A stretch of DNA of 64,000 nucleotides from an uncultured delta proteobacterium (lineage in GTDB: Bacteria; Desulfobacterota; Binatia; Binatales; Binataceae), in the NCBI GenBank assembly GCA_963794325.1, contig CAWCDG010000004.1:416001-480000 (forward strand), in the 5' to 3' direction. Below, piece by piece: positions 60,831 to 64,000 of this stretch. Below the pieces are notes generated by a model. The model did not search any database, was not told the origin of the DNA, and saw only the letters and a program-made list of their open reading frames with translations. Both the position numbers and the translations under genes were made by a program. Each line of letters starts with the position of its first letter. Position 1 is the stretch's first letter.

Positions 60831-62296
60831 TTGACCACGAGGGAGGCTTCCATACGAGCACCGACCCACAAATCAAGCGGGTTGCGGTAATCGGCGGCGG
60901 AATCACCGGCCTCGCGGCCGCTTATCGGCTTCGCGAGTTGGCGGCGGCGCGCGAGTTCCCGCTCGAGGTGCAATTGCTCGAGCGCGGCACACGATGCGGC
61001 GGCGCGCTCGAAACGATTCGGCGCGACGGATTTGTAATCGAGACCGGCGCCGATTCGTTTCTTTCAGAGAAACCTGCCTGCGCCGAGCTGGCGGCAAGAC
61101 TTGGCCTCGGCGCGGAGCTGATTCCGACGCGCGAGATTTATCGCAAGACGTACGTGGTGCGTGCGGGTCGGCTGGTCGAGATTCCCGCGGGATTTTCACT
61201 GCTCGCGCCCGCGCATCTCGGTCCGGTTTTTCGAAGCTCGCTTTTCTCACCGCTCGGAAAATTACGGATCGCGATCGAACCATTCATAGCGGCGCGCACC
61301 AGCGAGGACGACGAGAGTCTCGATTCGTTCGTGACGCGGCGGCTGGGTCGCGAGGTGCTTGAGCGCATCGCGCAGGCGCTTGCTGGCGGTATCTACACCG
61401 CTGATCCTGAACGACTCAGCATGGCGGCGACGATGCCGCGCTTCGTCGAGATGGAACGGCGCCACGGCAGCGTCGTCAAGGGAATGCGCGCGGCGGAGAA
61501 GGCGCGCGCCGCGAAAAGTTCGGACGTGAGCGGCGCGCGCTGGAGTCTGTTCCAGAGTTTCAGAAATGGAATGGCGACGCTGCCGGAGGCGCTCGCGTCG
61601 CGGCTGGGCAATTCGATTCGCAAGGGCGCGGAAGTTATCGGGATGTCGCGAAACGGGAACGCGTGGCGGCTCGCACTCGCTGGCGGCGATTCGATCGATG
61701 CGGACGGCGTAATCTGTGCGGCGCCTGCGTACGCGGCCTCGCGCATCGTCGCGACGATCGCGGCGCCGGCGGCAAAGTTGCTCGGCGAGATCAGCTATGC
61801 CACCGCGGCGACGGTCAACCTGACGTTTCGCGAGAGTGACTTCGACGGGCCGCCGCGCGCATTTGGCTTCGTCGTCCCGTCAATCGAGCATCGGCGAATA
61901 ATCGCCGGCAACTTCTCGAGCTTCAAGTTCGAGGGACGTGCACCGGCCGGCGCAATCCTGGCGCGCGCGTTCGTCGGCGGCGAAATGAGCCGCGAGATGA
62001 TGACTCTCAGCGACGCTGAGATGATCGCCGCGGTGCGCGACGAGTTCCGCGCGCTGCTTGGAGTCAACGCGGCGCCCGGATTCGCGGAAGTGAGACGATG
62101 GCCTGATTCGATGCCGCAGTACGAGGTCGGGCATCTCACGCGGGTCGGGGAGATCGAGCGGGCCGTCGCGGAGATCCCCGCATTCGCGATCGCGGGCGCC
62201 GCCTATCGTGGCGTTGGAATTCCCGATTGCATCCGAAGCGGCGAAGATGCGGCAGATGCGATCTTCGCGAAACTCTCGACAACGAAAACGAAATGA
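60827..62296 (+). CDS. hemY: HemY-type protoporphyrinogen/coproporphyrinogen oxidase (start uncertain)
   Basis: VIGGGITGLAAAY, ETGADSF, GGIY..DP..LS, SF.NGM..L, RWPDSMPQY.VGH and GVGIPDCI motifs. Confidence 0.92.
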   Translation: MIDHEGGFHTSTDPQIKRVAVIGGGITGLAAAYRLRELAAAREFPLEVQLLERGTRCGGALETIRRDGFVIETGADSFLSEKPACAELAARLGLGAELIPTREIYRKTYVVRAGRLVEIPAGFSLLAPAHLGPVFRSSLFSPLGKLRIAIEPFIAARTSEDDESLDSFVTRRLGREVLERIAQALAGGIYTADPERLSMAATMPRFVEMERRHGSVVKGMRAAEKARAAKSSDVSGARWSLFQSFRNGMATLPEALASRLGNSIRKGAEVIGMSRNGNAWRLALAGGDSIDADGVICAAPAYAASRIVATIAAPAAKLLGEISYATAATVNLTFRESDFDGPPRAFGFVVPSIEHRRIIAGNFSSFKFEGRAPAGAILARAFVGGEMSREMMTLSDAEMIAAVRDEFRALLGVNAAPGFAEVRRWPDSMPQYEVGHLTRVGEIERAVAEIPAFAIAGAAYRGVGIPDCIRSGEDAADAIFAKLSTTKTK

Positions 62297-63544
62297 GCAT
62301 CGAGGCTTCCAACGGCGGCAGCACGTCGCATTGGCCGCGCGTGATCGCGCACGCCGACATGGACGCGTTCTATGCGTCGGTCGAAATCCTCGACAATCCT
62401 GCGCTGCGCGGGCTCCCGGTGATCGTTGGCGGGCGCAGCGCGCGCGGCGTCGTCACCTCGGCGTCGTACGAGGCGCGCAAATTCGGAGTGCGATCCGCGA
62501 TGCCGACCGGGCAGGCGCGCAAGCTGTGTCCGCAGGCGATTTTCGTGCCGGGCCGGATGGGCCGCTACGTGGAAATCTCGCGAGTCGTCATGCGCGTGTT
62601 CGAGACTTTCAGCCCGGTGGTCGAACCGCTCTCGCTCGACGAAGCGTTCATCGATCTGACCGGCACGGAGCGTTTGCTCGGACCACCGATCGACGCCGCG
62701 CGCGATCTCAAGCGCCGCGTGCTCGAGGAAACCGGGCTGGTCGTATCGGTGGGCGTAGCGCCGACCAAGATGGCGGCGAAGATTTTGAGCGACATGTCGA
62801 AGCCCGATGGATTGCTTTCGGTAGCCCCGGAAAAATTGCTCGAACTTCTAACGCCACTGCCGGTCGAAAGGCTGTGGGGCGTCGGGCGTGTGACGCTCGC
62901 GCGGATGCATGAATGCGGGATCAAGACGGTCGGCGATCTTGCGCGGCGCGACCCGGCCGAGTTGAAGAGCCTGTTCGGCTCGATGGGACCGCATCTGCAT
63001 GAGCTGGCATCGGGCAACGACACCCGGCCAGTAATCGCCGATTGGCAGCGCAAGTCGTACGGCGAGGAGAATACTTTCGCGCACGACCTCGCGCAGGACT
63101 CGATCGAATTGCGACGAGTGCTGATCGCGCATGGCGACGCGATCGCCCGGCGTCTTCGCGCCGACGGAGTGCGCGCCCGGACGATTACGCTCAAGCTCAA
63201 ACTGGCGCGTCCACTCGGCGGCGGGCGCTATCCATTGATCACGCGCAGTTTTTCACTCGACGGATCGACCAATGACGGCCCGGAAATCTCGCGGGTCGCA
63301 ACCCAGTTGCTGTCCAAGGTCGGCGGGAGTGAGAAGATTCGCCTCGCCGGCGTGCAGGTGCATCAACTCGAGCGCGCGGATACATCGCAGCTCGGGCTGT
63401 TCGAATCAGCGCCGGTCGAGGATCGCAAACGCGACAGGTCTGAACCGTGCGCTCGACTCCGTGGCGAAGAAGTTTGGCGACGAGGCCGTGACGCGCGGAC
63501 TGGCGAAAGCGGAACGCGCCGCTCCGTCGCGACGTATCAAATAA
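62293..63544 (+). CDS. dinB: DNA polymerase IV, apparent frameshift near 63439
   Basis: HADMDAFYASVE, ASYEARKFGVRSAM, SLDEAFID, SDMSKPDG and LWGVG. The C-terminus LNRALDSVAKKFG is in the frame ending at 63544. Confidence 0.93.
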
Positions 63545-63588
63545 CCTAACCCCTAACCCCTTCCCTCGAGGGAAGGGGAACAATCGCG
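63543..63588 (+). repeat. Family A repeat
   Basis: aacctaacccctaaccccttccctcgagggaaggggaacaatcgcg begins at the dinB stop. Confidence 0.9.
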
Positions 63589-63622
63589 ATAGAAATAAGC
63601 ATCCGCGCCTTGCAAAGATTGC

Positions 63623-63636
63623 TTAACTATAGTTAA
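63623..63636. promoter_or_regulatory. Perfect 14-bp palindrome, candidate MarR operator
   Basis: TTAACTATAGTTAA lies between TTGCAA (63610) and the ATG at 63648. Confidence 0.65.
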
Positions 63637-63647
63637 TATCTTGCCTG

Positions 63648-64000
63648 ATGCAAGCAGTCGGGAGACAGGGAAACGATCCGATTTTTCGCGCGATCGAGGC
63701 TATGACCGCGCTGGCTGAAATCTTCGGGCGGCGGCGCGAGGTGTTGGCGCGCGACGCCGGTATCACGATCGAGCAATGGCGCGTGCTCGAGGAAATCTCG
63801 ACCGAGCATTTTATTCCGTCGATGTTTGCGCGCAGCCGCGACAGCTCGGCGGCGGCGGTGTCGAAAATATTGCGGCAACTGCTCGACGCTGGACTGGTCA
63901 CGGCCGCGATTGGACGCGCCGACCGCAGGAATAGAAGTTACAAGCTGACCGCCAAGGGCGCGCGCACTCTCGCTGAGCTGCGCGCGTCGCGGCAGGCGGC
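63648..64000 (+). CDS. MarR family transcriptional regulator, 3'-truncated by the window edge
   Basis: Manual translation (absent from the ORF track): GITIEQWRVL...SAAAVSKILRQLLDAGLV....GRADRRNRSYKLTAKG. Confidence 0.85.
   Translation, partial: MQAVGRQGNDPIFRAIEAMTALAEIFGRRREVLARDAGITIEQWRVLEEISTEHFIPSMFARSRDSSAAAVSKILRQLLDAGLVTAAIGRADRRNRSYKLTAKGARTLAELRASRQA

Overview
High-GC bacterial chromosomal segment, mostly core genome. The gene order resembles that of Deltaproteobacteria, and Ca. Binatota is a plausible but unverified guess. Core content includes grpE-dnaK-dnaJ, aroE/pyrE, a type III PKS plus methyltransferase pair, thiolase/DUF35, tRNA-fMet with a small toxin-antitoxin islet, xseAB-tlyA-ROK, ctpA/tlpA/lgt, dtd/trmL and a nucleoside-type ABC transporter behind cca. 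It also holds tRNA-Val-thrS-infC(ATT start)-rpmI-rplT-NUDIX-pheST-ihfA-merR, a GH-like/GT2 fusion facing a histidine kinase plus sigma-54 activator, tatA, and a hemD-hemE fusion-hemH-hemY-dinB operon. Several conserved genes carry single-base indels, most likely assembly errors. The least explained signals are non-coding. At least five families of dispersed palindromic repeats are present, some with compensatory base changes, and they pile up in two nests, one of which encloses a small GIY-YIG nuclease. A gene next to that nest shows a strong synonymous codon skew. Other leads are a possibly leaderless initiator tRNA with an A1xA72 mismatch, a recurrent -10 box 9-10 nt before SD-less start codons, a putative secreted metal-binding three-gene module, and a sigma-54 promoter linking the two-component system to the divergent glycosyltransferase. 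No CRISPR array, rRNA, integrase or transposase was seen. All family assignments are from motif recognition by eye, not database searches.
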